A DNA stretch of 63,240 nt, the filler included, from Rhabdomonas costata (lineage: Eukaryota): the NCBI GenBank assembly GCA_019059605.1. It is 54 parts of 54 records of this genome, joined end to end, with 100 filler letters (N's around TTAATTAATTAA, not from the genome) between each part and the next. Parts side by side here need not be neighbours in the genome. Positions count along the whole stretch, not along the records: positions 35,194 to 36,266 come from JAHMHO010030065.1; positions 36,367 to 37,435 come from JAHMHO010030066.1; positions 37,536 to 38,608 come from JAHMHO010030067.1; positions 38,709 to 39,781 come from JAHMHO010030068.1; positions 39,882 to 40,956 come from JAHMHO010030069.1; positions 41,057 to 42,129 come from JAHMHO010030070.1; positions 42,230 to 43,302 come from JAHMHO010030071.1; positions 43,403 to 44,475 come from JAHMHO010030072.1; 46 more parts are not named here. One strand, given 5' to 3'. Position 1 is the first letter of the stretch; each line of letters opens with the position of its first letter. The notes beneath the pieces were generated by a model that ran no database searches, was not told the DNA's origin, and worked only from the letters and a program-made list of their open reading frames with translations. Shown here in pieces: positions 36,044 to 46,782 of the stretch. The translations under genes and the position numbers were made by a program.

Positions 36044-37829
36044 GTGTGACCCAAAGGGCCGGCTTGGATTGCATTACGAGACGCCATTCCCACTCCATTG
36101 TCAGGCGAATTTGCGAACTGAAGCAGAGGAAGAATCCTTCTCAGTAGCTTGGTGTGGCACCACGTGTGTCTGTCAGGGCAAGGCTCGACGAGCAGGAAAG
36201 GGGAAAGGGAAAGGGCCTTTCATGGAAGTAAGCAACCTTGCCCTGACAGACACACGTGGTGCAACANNNNNNNNNNNNNNNNNNNNNNNNNNNNNNNNNN
36301 NNNNNNNNNNTTAATTAATTAANNNNNNNNNNNNNNNNNNNNNNNNNNNNNNNNNNNNNNNNNNNNCTCCGCCATCTCGCGGTTGTCCAGCCCCACGGCG
36401 AAGAACAAGGGGTGCTCCCCCAGCCCACACGGCCCGTTGAGCTTGAAGTAGCTCCCTTGCAGAACCCCCAGTCCCGTCGATAAGGACAAACCGATGATAG
36501 AACAAAAACATATTGAAGATTGTAGATTTTTGGCACCACCAACTTCACATTTTTCAGTAAATTCACTTTTTACCCCTGTATTTTGCAACAAGGGATCGCT
36601 TCCACATCCATGAAGAAACAAAATAGGGGCTTCGGAGTCCCGAAAAGGCAATACTTAGAAAATTGGAAAGCATGAGAACCGTCTCTCACATAAGGGGGAG
36701 GGGGTAAGAAGGAAACGTAAAGCAGAGAGGAAAGAGGGCTTTGGGAATGGGCAGGAGAGATTACTTTACTTTGTTTTGATAGCTTGCCAAAGGAATCTAA
36801 AAAACTATTGCGCCGAGGGCTGAAGGTGACCATTGGCCTTGACGCTCGCATCAAAAGGTCTTTTGGTTTAAGAAAAACTCCCCGCGACCGCAGAGAGAGC
36901 TGAACGACCCCGCTGCTGTTCTTTGTTTCGGTGATGAGCTACTTTCATCCATTAAAACCCACATGACACTTGAGCTTGAGGTAGTTCCCTAGTAGGACCA
37001 CCCTACAAAGCATGGCAGGCAATTGAGCAATAACCGGAAATCCATTTATGCTGTGAATGTGCCGCGAATCCGGGGCACACCCTGTTCCTGTGACGGTTGA
37101 TGGCCCCCCTGGGATTCCAATAGAATGTAAGGGGGGGTTAGGGAGCGAAGCACGTCCCATGGGATGTATCTGCGTGGGGAGGGGGAGGGCTGTTTCTTCT
37201 TCCTGTACTTCTGTTTACATAACCATCTGTACCTCAAGAGTCCCCCGAACTGATGTTTTGACAAGCTGCATCTGAATACTTCTGCGTGTGTTTGATGTGA
37301 TGTCTTCTGCCTTTCATCCTCGTTTTTCTTTTACTGCACTTTTCTCGTGTTCAAGTTATTTGCAGTCACCCCGAAGCTTAAAAATGGAAAAATCCATAAC
37401 ATAAACCGAGCAGAGCTGGCTGACCACCGCCGACANNNNNNNNNNNNNNNNNNNNNNNNNNNNNNNNNNNNNNNNNNNNTTAATTAATTAANNNNNNNNN
37501 NNNNNNNNNNNNNNNNNNNNNNNNNNNNNNNNNNNGGGGGGGGTGTTGAGTTTTTGCCCAGATAGGATCGACGAGGTCAAGATCCTAAAAATTGGAGGAA
37601 TTTGAGGACTGGAGGATACAAAGAGGAACAAGTCGGTGTTCTTCAACGCCAATTTCAAGAGATTAGGAAAAAGATCCGGATAAAAGTTCTGGAATCCGAC
37701 ACGTCAGACGTCGGATGGTTTTTGATTGAGTTTTATTTGGGGATACTTTGGTTTTCGTGGTGTTTTTGGGTTGTGATAAGAAATCTGTTCACCTATTTTA
37801 CAAGTCACAGCTAAAAGCTCATCGGAGCC

Positions 37830-38590
37830 AGGCTAAAGCGAGGTAGAGGCGAGTCAGGGCTAAAAAGGTTGAGAGCTGAACTTCATCTCCTCTGTGCTTT
37901 GCTTTGTTGCTGTTACATTCTTGCTTGCCTTGTTTTTGTGTCGGAAAGGCGTAAGATGACGTCTGGGTAGAGGCAATACCTCCCAGGACCCCACCTCCCA
38001 GCGGAACCCTCGAAAGCAAAGGCGTTTGAAACGAGCATCAAGCAGAAGCCACAGCAAAAAAAAAAGTCCAGCTAAACCACCCGCTTTGCACAAGACCCGG
38101 CCACGCCTCAGCTAAAGAGCCCCCGCCCACAGCTATACAGGCTGTCGGAAGCGGAACCCGCACCCGCAACAGGTAGGAGGCACGTGAGAGGCTCGGATTA
38201 TAGACTGCGTGTTACAGGTGGTAGAGGAGGCTTGATAAAGATCCAGAGAGCAATGTTCAAGAGAATGTTCAAGAGACCTTGACAGGTGATAGCAGAGGAT
38301 TGTTTTTCAAGATATGAAGAATCTACAGCACCAGAGGATCCCGGGTAAGTTCCAGCGCAGAGAAGGCGCTCAGAGCCCCAAGGGGGAGATTCAACGCCAG
38401 CTGGCGATAATATAAAGCCAAAGGCGTCGCGAAAGAGGTCGCGTGGTAGCATAGAAAGCGAGATACAGTAGGGGATGAGACAGTCTAAAGTTATCCACCT
38501 CCTCCGGTAGTACAAAGCCTTGAAAAGAGCGTGTTGATTGAGATATACTGGACTTGTGATTCCTTTTCGGTTAAAAGATGTCAGGCAAAC
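37830..38590 (-). mobile_element. Degenerate C-terminal region (zinc knuckle + restriction-like endonuclease) of a CRE/SLACS-like non-LTR retrotransposon
   Basis: Ordered remnants across stops and frameshifts: W..DCLIPYCISLSMLPRDLFRDAFG, AITCQG, EP..LLP.AG..SDSLY, VPLG..VLGG, RLYLAL. These resemble CRE-clade C-terminal motifs. Confidence 0.5.
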
Positions 38591-39386
38591 CACATCCACC
38601 ACCCCCACNNNNNNNNNNNNNNNNNNNNNNNNNNNNNNNNNNNNNNNNNNNNTTAATTAATTAANNNNNNNNNNNNNNNNNNNNNNNNNNNNNNNNNNNN
38701 NNNNNNNNGTGTGGTGGGTTGGGGAACCTTTGTGTCTTATACAGTTTTCGTGTGTGAACCGCGAACCGAAACCGGCCGGACGTGAGGCTCTGTTGCATTG
38801 CTGTCATGTGCAAGTCTTGTTTCAACTACCGCCCTTTGCTGTTGGTTTCGTCTCGCGTTCGCACTTGAGTGAGGAGAAGAAGCAACCGCAGAAGAAGGGT
38901 GCACTCCGAAACTCGGAAGAAAATATATGACGCATTGCAACCTGATCAGGGCAGCGATTGTCGAGTGTACTTGCATAAAGAGAGACCCACATGGATATGT
39001 TTTTTTTCGCAATTTTCCTCAAATTAGAGAGAGAATGCACGGCACCACGCTACGTGCCTGATACTGCCCTGCACAGGTCATGAGAGTGTTAAATATTACG
39101 CACAACATACTCACATACGCACAACATTACGCACATACACATACGCACAACAAAAGACATGACTGCTTAGTTCAGAGTTGACGGGTCTGGCTCAAGGCGT
39201 CTAGGTTTTGGGGGTTAGGTTAGGATTTGCCTTAAGCCCTGCACCCTCGAGGTGCAAGGCTCCGCCTTGACAATGCGCAAGTCGCCAACCAAAACGGCAA
39301 ACACCTCCAATTCAACCGTAAAACGCTGCCCGCTGGCCACGATGACTCTAAAGGATGAAAGGATGGAAATCGCAGAGCGTTCGCAC

Positions 39387-39531
39387 CGTCCATGGAGCGG
39401 TCCGCGTCGCCCTCGCCGCGCTCGAAGATTTGCTGCGCGCCGAACTTCCGCATGAACTTCTCAGTATCCTTCCCGCACTGGTTGAAGTGCTTGTATTGGG
39501 TGTCCCCCAGCCCGAAAATTGTAAACCGCAT
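39387..39531 (-). CDS. Flavodoxin-like FMN domain exon of a diflavin reductase (cytochrome P450 reductase family)
   Basis: CAG|MRFTIFGLGDTQYKHFNQCGK...FGAQQIFERGEGDADRSMD|GT contains the FGLGDxxYxxFN FMN-binding motif. Confidence 0.88.
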
Positions 39532-39881
39532 CTGTGTGCAAGCATAAAAAGCTTCTAGATATGAGAAACATTCAGTAAGGGAGAGTATGGTCGAAAGCCC
39601 ACAGGAGGCAGACCTCACAACAAGGAATGCAACGTGCATGAATTCCGCAGGTGGGTGATGAGCTCAGAGAGCGCTGGCTGATGCGGCCAAACCAGCTGAT
39701 TGAGTTCAGCAACCGGAGGCGGTGATGGAGAGAAGATCATCCCGCAGTAGTGAATGAAAGTTTGAACCAATCGAACAACCANNNNNNNNNNNNNNNNNNN
39801 NNNNNNNNNNNNNNNNNNNNNNNNNTTAATTAATTAANNNNNNNNNNNNNNNNNNNNNNNNNNNNNNNNNNNNNNNNNNNN

Positions 39882-40020
39882 GTCTTGCTACTGGCCCGGG
39901 GAATGGTATGGAGCCGGCCGTCTAGTACCAAGCGGACAAAGGACGAGGGCATCCGGCCATCTGTTTGTTGCGCTTGAGACGCCGCACTCACTAGTGTCAC
40001 CCTTCGTGCCCCATCAAGCC

Positions 40021-40071
<51 letters not shown>

Positions 40072-40700
40072 GTTGCGGACTTTCTCACCAAGAATCAGCT
40101 GGGCTTCACACCGGGTTCCAACGGAGCCCAGACAGCAATTCACACGGTCCGCAATTGGGCCACTATGCTGTGCAAGGTGGATCTTTGCAACGCTGACATC
40201 GACCCACTGTTGGACGCCTTGATGTGCCGATAGTCAGTGGAGGCTTCACTTTTAGCGCCACCACGGGAGTGCTTCAAGGAGACCCACTGTCGCCCCCACT
40301 CTTCTCCGTGGACTCGGCCTGAAATTAGCTGGACGGGACATGTGGTACATGGACGACGGGTGCTAAACGCCGAACTCCGAGGAGTAGAACGTGTTTTTCT
40401 CTACCTCAAGGAGCTGCTCCCTCCTATCGGGCTCGACATCAAGGAGCGCAATTGCAAGCTGTACTACGACGGTCACGATCATGCTCCACATAGTCTCAGT
40501 CAAGTGCCGTCAATCCACCAGAACTACGAGCGCACCGACCTGGGTGCGCCGCTGTCATCTGGTTCCAACCACGCACCCGACGCGGCCCCCAAACGCTGGC
40601 ACAGTGTCTCGCAAATTCTTGGAAATTCTCAACGCCTGCCTCGGTCGATGTCAAATTCAGCACATCTCACAGGCAAAAACAAGCAATGAGTGGCCGAAAT
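39882..40700 (+). mobile_element. Pseudogenised reverse transcriptase of a CRE/SLACS/CZAR-like non-LTR retrotransposon
   Basis: RT motifs in order across frameshifts: GAGRLVP, KDEGIRP, NQLGF...GAQTAIHTVRNW...KVDLCNA, GVLQGDPLSPPLF (40275), WYMDDG (40343), IGLDIKERNCKL, LGAPL. Interrupted by (GA)n at about 40025-40068. Confidence 0.85.
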
Positions 40701-41344
40701 CAACGATAATACTGATGCTGAACGATGGCACGGACACTCTCCAGACCATTATAGAGCTTCCGCTCACACCGGTAAAAAACACTGTGGACTGGGCATCAGC
40801 AACCCATGGTAACGGTTTCTTGTGATGCTCTTAAGCAACGGCAACCACATTCTTCAGTAGCAGAACAACCCAATCACGCTGAAAGCAGAAATTGCTAGAG
40901 CCGCGCGATTCTATGCGCAGAAGTGTGGGAAAACAAAGCCTTACATACCACAACCCNNNNNNNNNNNNNNNNNNNNNNNNNNNNNNNNNNNNNNNNNNNN
41001 TTAATTAATTAANNNNNNNNNNNNNNNNNNNNNNNNNNNNNNNNNNNNNNNNNNNNTGGTTGTTGTGATACTGCCCTAGCAATCATGCTTCAAAAAAGAT
41101 GAAGAACGGCGGCAGTTAGCCGAAGAGAGAAATGCGAAACTTGTGCTTGTGGGGGGAAGAGAAATGAAAGTTGGTTACGCTGCTGTACACTGGTGCTGTA
41201 CTAGGGTACTAGGAGGGAGTGGCGCCTGTGGTGTAGCTTGGGAATTTCGTCGGATCACATCAAAAGCGACGCATCTGCTACGATGGGATGCAGGTGAGCC
41301 TTAGGCTCGCTCAATATACCGTTTAATGTCGGGTTGACGCAGCT

Positions 41345-41878
41345 ATAGTAGGCTACACGGTAAATCGAGAGTTTCCAACCTTGCGTATACACCAAGATTC
41401 AACATATGCTACCCAAGCCCAGCGGCATAAAAACACGCCCAAAAGACTGCAGTTCGAAACGTTACGGTGTAAGTTCTCGATTTCGGGGTGTAAATAGGCT
41501 TGCATTTTGGACCCAGCGGCACTTTTCCATAAATAGGCACAACTGCCGCTGCCACAGCTTTGTTTTTCCACCATGTTTCGCAATGCAGCGAGCAACGCGA
41601 CGTTCCAAGCTCAGCAGAGGCGTATCAACCTCATTTTTCTTTGCTTTTGGTTAAGATTTCACGGGTCCATGCTCAAACCCAGTGAGGGGTCGCATCCCGC
41701 AAACTCGTTACGGACTAACGCATAGCAGGCTACACCGTAAATCGAGAGTTTCCAACCTTGCGTATACACCAAGATTCAACATATGCTACCCAAGCCCAGC
41801 TGCATAAAAACACGCCCAAAAGACTTCAGTTCGAAACGTTACGGACTAAGTTCTCGATTTCGGGGTGTAACTAGGCTT
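41345..41878. repeat. ~157-bp direct repeat (41345-41501, 41722-41878)
   Basis: Two near-identical copies 377 bp apart. Confidence 0.92.
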
Positions 41879-41933
41879 ATAAAAGCGCCCCATCCCCCCG
41901 CACCTCAAATTGTTTGCACCCATCATGGTTCAG

Positions 41934-42082
41934 CTCTGGTGGCGCTATACGCCGAGGACCGCAAGGAGCTGCTGTACATTCCCGGGGAGCGGCTGGCTCA
42001 CACCGCCTACCTGTACAGCGTACTGCAGCGAGCCATGCATCCGGGAAACCCAAAGCCCTTCATCCAGATTCCTCTACACATG
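41934..42082 (+). CDS. Hypothetical protein exon
   Basis: CAG|...LVALYAEDRKELLYIPGERLAHTAYLYSVLQRAMHPGNPKPFIQIPLHM|GT, GC3-rich. Confidence 0.55.
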
Positions 42083-42931
42083 GTCCCGATGTGTGGGTCT
42101 TCCACTGTGCTTTTCGGTTGACGAAACCCNNNNNNNNNNNNNNNNNNNNNNNNNNNNNNNNNNNNNNNNNNNNTTAATTAATTAANNNNNNNNNNNNNNN
42201 NNNNNNNNNNNNNNNNNNNNNNNNNNNNNGGGTTGGTTGTAGATGAGGGACTGACAATTGTGGTGAACAGTTTGTGCCCTTCTCCCCTTTCTCTTTCAGC
42301 TGCTGGGTGTTGCTGCCGTGGGTGTTGCTGCCACAATGAATGAAACGAACTACTCCCGTTCATCGAGGGTGCCTACTTCCGTCAGTGCAGAGGGGAATAT
42401 ACAGTATATCTGCACCTGTTAGGTATATTGGCAGCTGTTTCAGCATGACCACGTGCAGCCGTATTCACCACCCCACATCTGTCGCAAGGGTTACATATGC
42501 CAGGTTTTCTTGTTTTCAGACACCCCGGTAAGCCTGAAAAACAAATTTGGAATCGGGGAAAATATTTCGACCGCCATTATGGTTTCGCAACAATTTTTAA
42601 GTGTTTCCATTTTAATCTGCGTGCATCTCTGTTTACGAAGATACGAGTCTACTTCTATCTTTATCTTCTACTTATATCTTTGCTTTTTCTGGTTGGCTGA
42701 CCACCACGTGACGGTTTGGGCTTTGTGTGGTTCTGTTCCGCCTTTGGCCCCACCCCCCACTCCCTACCCGCCAGACACGTTCACGTCACTCCTCGAATTT
42801 TCTCCACCCCTGAACCATCCCTCTCGTGCTTGCCCCGCATCTCGAGCATCCGTTTCCCACCCCCTCGCATTCCGAGTCGTGGTTTCCAAAGGTGTGGTTG
42901 TGTGTGTGCTGTGGCCGAAATGCTACCCCAG

Positions 42932-43092
42932 AACAAACTGTGCACCCTGGATGATGGGGTGTTTCGGGGGCTGCACTCCCTCTCCGCGCAAGAAATGCAC
43001 GCCCAAGTGCTGCGGGACTTCCTTCGCGAGATCCGCCACCCGTTGCGGCAGCTTCCATCGCTGGGCTTTTGCCCCGCTCAGGCCACGCACAG
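42932..43092 (+). CDS. Hypothetical protein exon
   Basis: CAG|NKLCTLDDGVFRGLHSL...QATHR|GTACC, GC3-rich. Confidence 0.45.
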
Positions 43093-43993
43093 GTACCGTC
43101 CCTAGGTCTCTCGGACAGTGAGGCGAAAGCGCCTTGAAATCTATTCTGGACAATAAATTACCGCCCCGGTCCTTTCTGGTCCACTTACAGGTTGACAGGT
43201 TTACCCCAACAGAGGCATCTCAAGATTTTCCAAAAATGATTTTAGCATTGAAGAATGGTCCCGTAGTAGCAATTGTTCATCTTTCAATGGTCCACGAGAC
43301 AGNNNNNNNNNNNNNNNNNNNNNNNNNNNNNNNNNNNNNNNNNNNNTTAATTAATTAANNNNNNNNNNNNNNNNNNNNNNNNNNNNNNNNNNNNNNNNNN
43401 NNGGGTTGTGTGGGGCTCTCTCGGGGTGACGCCGCTGAGAGAGGAGTTGAGCTGCTGAACATGCCGACCAAGACCTTGTTTAGGGGGATAGTCTCCGCGT
43501 TTCGAGTTGGTCGAATTTGCAGTGTTTTTAGCATATCCCTGATGGTCGGCGTTTCGGTGTTTGTTTATCAAAAAGCCAAACAGAGAGACTGTTTTCGGCT
43601 CCTGGGTGTACAAGTGTGATCTGTGCCCTGCGCTTCCCATGATTTGAACACAAAATGTAAGCACGGCTGCTGCTCAGGATGAGCTCTTACCGTTCTTGAA
43701 TTGTTCGCGTCAAGTGCTGGAGATTACCGATGGCACCGTGGAAGCTATGTGCCTCGAAATCGAAATGTTACGAAGGTTGCGGCTGCCCTGAACCTTGCTG
43801 TTCCTTGTATCTTTGAATGTGCTCCGTGGTCATTGTATTCCTCCTCGTTGAATGAGCGGCCCGGTTTTGTAAAAAGCCACTTTTCCCGCCTTCCGCATCC
43901 CAAGTTGCCAGGTTCACGTTCTTTTTTATGAAAAACTTCGCAGAAATTCCCCCTATAAGCGCGAGCTCTCCCACTCACCCCTGTTCTTCTCAG

Positions 43994-44188
43994 ACGCCAC
44001 GAGACGGTGGCCCACGGGACGACCGCCCCGTGTACGAGATCCGAATGACGGAGCGGGTCAACCTTCGCCACGCCCCCACCCTGCCCTTCGCCAAGCAGAC
44101 CTCCAGGCCCTCGCTGGTGTCATCCACCGCTCTGGTCAACCTCAACTACGACGCCAGCCAGGCCACTACCAGCAAGTTCCCCAACTCG
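43994..44188 (+). CDS. Hypothetical protein exon
   Basis: Pyrimidine tract + CAG|TPRDGG...PFAKQTSRP...KFPNS|GTATTG, strongly GC3-biased. Confidence 0.6.
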
Positions 44189-46524
44189 GTATTGACTGCG
44201 TTTGCCTGGGTCTAGCCCCCACGCACGCACACACATCAAACCTTCTTTAAAAGCAATCGAAAGGAGGAATTATTTGTGGGGAAAGTTTTTCTAGTTATCT
44301 CTACAGAAGATTGGCGCTGAAAACAGCTCGTGAGCCCTGCGGGCGGCCTCTTTTTCTGCTGCTGTTTTTGCTTGTCTGCTGCACAAAAAAGAGGATGTCT
44401 TCAATTCGGCGGTGTGGGGATCCCAGCGAGACCTCATTGAAGACATCCTCTTTTTTGTGCAGCAGACAAACAACANNNNNNNNNNNNNNNNNNNNNNNNN
44501 NNNNNNNNNNNNNNNNNNNTTAATTAATTAANNNNNNNNNNNNNNNNNNNNNNNNNNNNNNNNNNNNNNNNNNNNAGCTCATATTTGAGATGAGTTGGTT
44601 GGCCGCTTTCCGGTCTCGGACTCCTTCTCCACGCCCCTTCAAGGTCCCATTTTAGCCCTTTTAAGGGCATTCGACTTCGAAAAATTTCACGGGCCCGGGG
44701 TGCACTTTTCGGACCTGCAGGCCTGCATACTGAGCCTAAGCTTTCGGCCGGGCCTGCTTAGCCCAGGAGTACTTCATGCTGGCACCGGGATGGGCCGGAA
44801 TGCTTTGGTTTAAAGCCACGCTAGAGGCCATTTCAGGGCCATTTTGGGGTGTTTTTGGGCCCTTTCCGCCTTCACACAGGCACAGGAAGGACCATTTGTT
44901 TTTGCACTGGCTTTATATCGGGCTGGGGCTTTGAGAAAATTCTGTAGCACACCGTCCACCCACCTGTACGCCGTTGTGCCAGCAAGGATTTGTTTGTTTG
45001 TCGTCCTGCTTGTGGTTTGCGGCCGACCTTCGCCCTTCCGTCAACGTGGGCTCCTTGCCAATTTTAGAAGGCTTTTCTGCACCGTCCAATTCCGCTCTCT
45101 ATAGTGCCTAACTGGTTAGCGCTGTTTTGTACCCGAAGGTTTGACTCGCACCGTCTGTGAGCCTTACAGCCTTGTCGCCCGATTTTACATTTGTTGTCTC
45201 CAAAAAGAGGATTCGAAATAATTCAGGTAACGCAAAGGCGCTAGCCGCACAACGCCCGCAAAATTGTAGAACACAAAGACACCGTCTGCAGAACCCCCGC
45301 ATGGGAGAAATCATGCCCCAGAGTGCGGCACAGCAGAAACGAATCCGGAGGCTCATCATCCTGAGGCTTCCAGAATTTATTTAGCCGCAACGGGCTGTAC
45401 ATCCGAATTCCAAAGCCATAAAAATGCAGGGAAAGGGCGATGATCGCTATGACTGGGGGTTGAGAGGTTGGAGATGAGGGGCGGCAGCACCCGCGAGGAT
45501 CCACAGAGAGTGCTCGCCGAGAAGCGCGCACAGGTCCTGCACGTTGCTCACCAACGCCAGAGCCCTCACAGGCTCACCCCTTAGGATAATAGAGCAGCTC
45601 GGTCCCCCACAATGCAAAGCTATCTCCTAATGGGGCGACCCAACAACANNNNNNNNNNNNNNNNNNNNNNNNNNNNNNNNNNNNNNNNNNNNTTAATTAA
45701 TTAANNNNNNNNNNNNNNNNNNNNNNNNNNNNNNNNNNNNNNNNNNNNGTTGGGACCATTGGCAATGTTGGAATTACATGAGCATATCCAGGCCATACGG
45801 ATGCATTTGCCATTCACTGATATGTAGTCCGTGTCTCAGTCATCCCAAGCTAATTCGACAAGGTCACCTGATGTCAGCAGGGAAACCATCGCCAATGAGA
45901 TGGTTTAGCGCAAAGCATTTCCTGATGGACGCTGAAGGGTACTCCGAAAGCTGCACTGGTATGTTGCGCGCCGCCTTCTCCTCCAAGCATCCAGTGTCGA
46001 CGGAAACAACTCGTATGCCGTGTGTGCATGCGGCCGTTTTTTTGCCATGTCTCAAAGTAGGGACACAAGCGTCCGCATAGCTCAGGACAGGTTAGACGTC
46101 ATAGGCTCGCACTCGCGAATTCGGGCACGGCTATTGGGTAAAGTCTCAATAAAGGCCAAATGCATCCGTATGGCCTGGATATGCTCATGTAATTCCAACA
46201 TTGCCAATGGTCCCAGCCTACCGTGCCAAACCAAGCAGAAAAAAGGCAGCGAGAAAAAGGAAGATGACAATAGATCTTTGGTCACAAACAATAAGAAAAT
46301 GAGGTGCACGGCCAATTTTGCCGTTGACAAATAGGAATAATACTGAATCTGTGCGCGGAGCCCAAAGGGTGCAATGGCTGCCCATCTCCCCGGCCCAATC
46401 CCCACACGGCTTCATTCTCCCCTCTTCACATCGGAGTATTTTACAAGGCACCCACTTCCGGATGAAGCGACCGGGGTAGCACGAGTGGGCAGCGGAGGTG
46501 GCGGCGGGGCCTAAGGCACCTCAC

Positions 46525-46782
46525 CTACACCTCAACCTCACTGCGGAACAGTCCGGAAACCCGGTGCGCGGCCATAAGCCCTGACATCAGAGACACAAAG
46601 AGGGCCCTGCGCCAGCGCGGTCGCTCAAAAGTGTGCCGCCCCAGCGCCGAGGCATCCAAGCGCTGCAGGTCCTCGGGGTCCAGCTCGAACTGCAGCGCGG
46701 CCAGGGCGTCCTCCAAGTGGGCCATCCGCCGCACCCCAACCAGAGGCACAATCCCACGTTGGATAGCCCACCGCAGGGCAAC
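46525..46782 (-). CDS. Aldo/keto reductase, terminal exon
   Basis: VALRWAIQRGIVPLVGVRRMAHLEDALAALQFELDPEDLQRLD is the AKR C-terminal signature, followed by a hydrophobic tail and stop. Confidence 0.88.
   Translation of the reverse strand, partial: VALRWAIQRGIVPLVGVRRMAHLEDALAALQFELDPEDLQRLDASALGRHTFERPRWRRALFVSLMSGLMAAHRVSGLFRSEVEV

Noticed and set aside
41222..41300. tRNA gene starting GGCGCCTGTGGTGTAGCTTGG
   Set aside because: A-box-like start only. No T-arm/B-box or cloverleaf follows.
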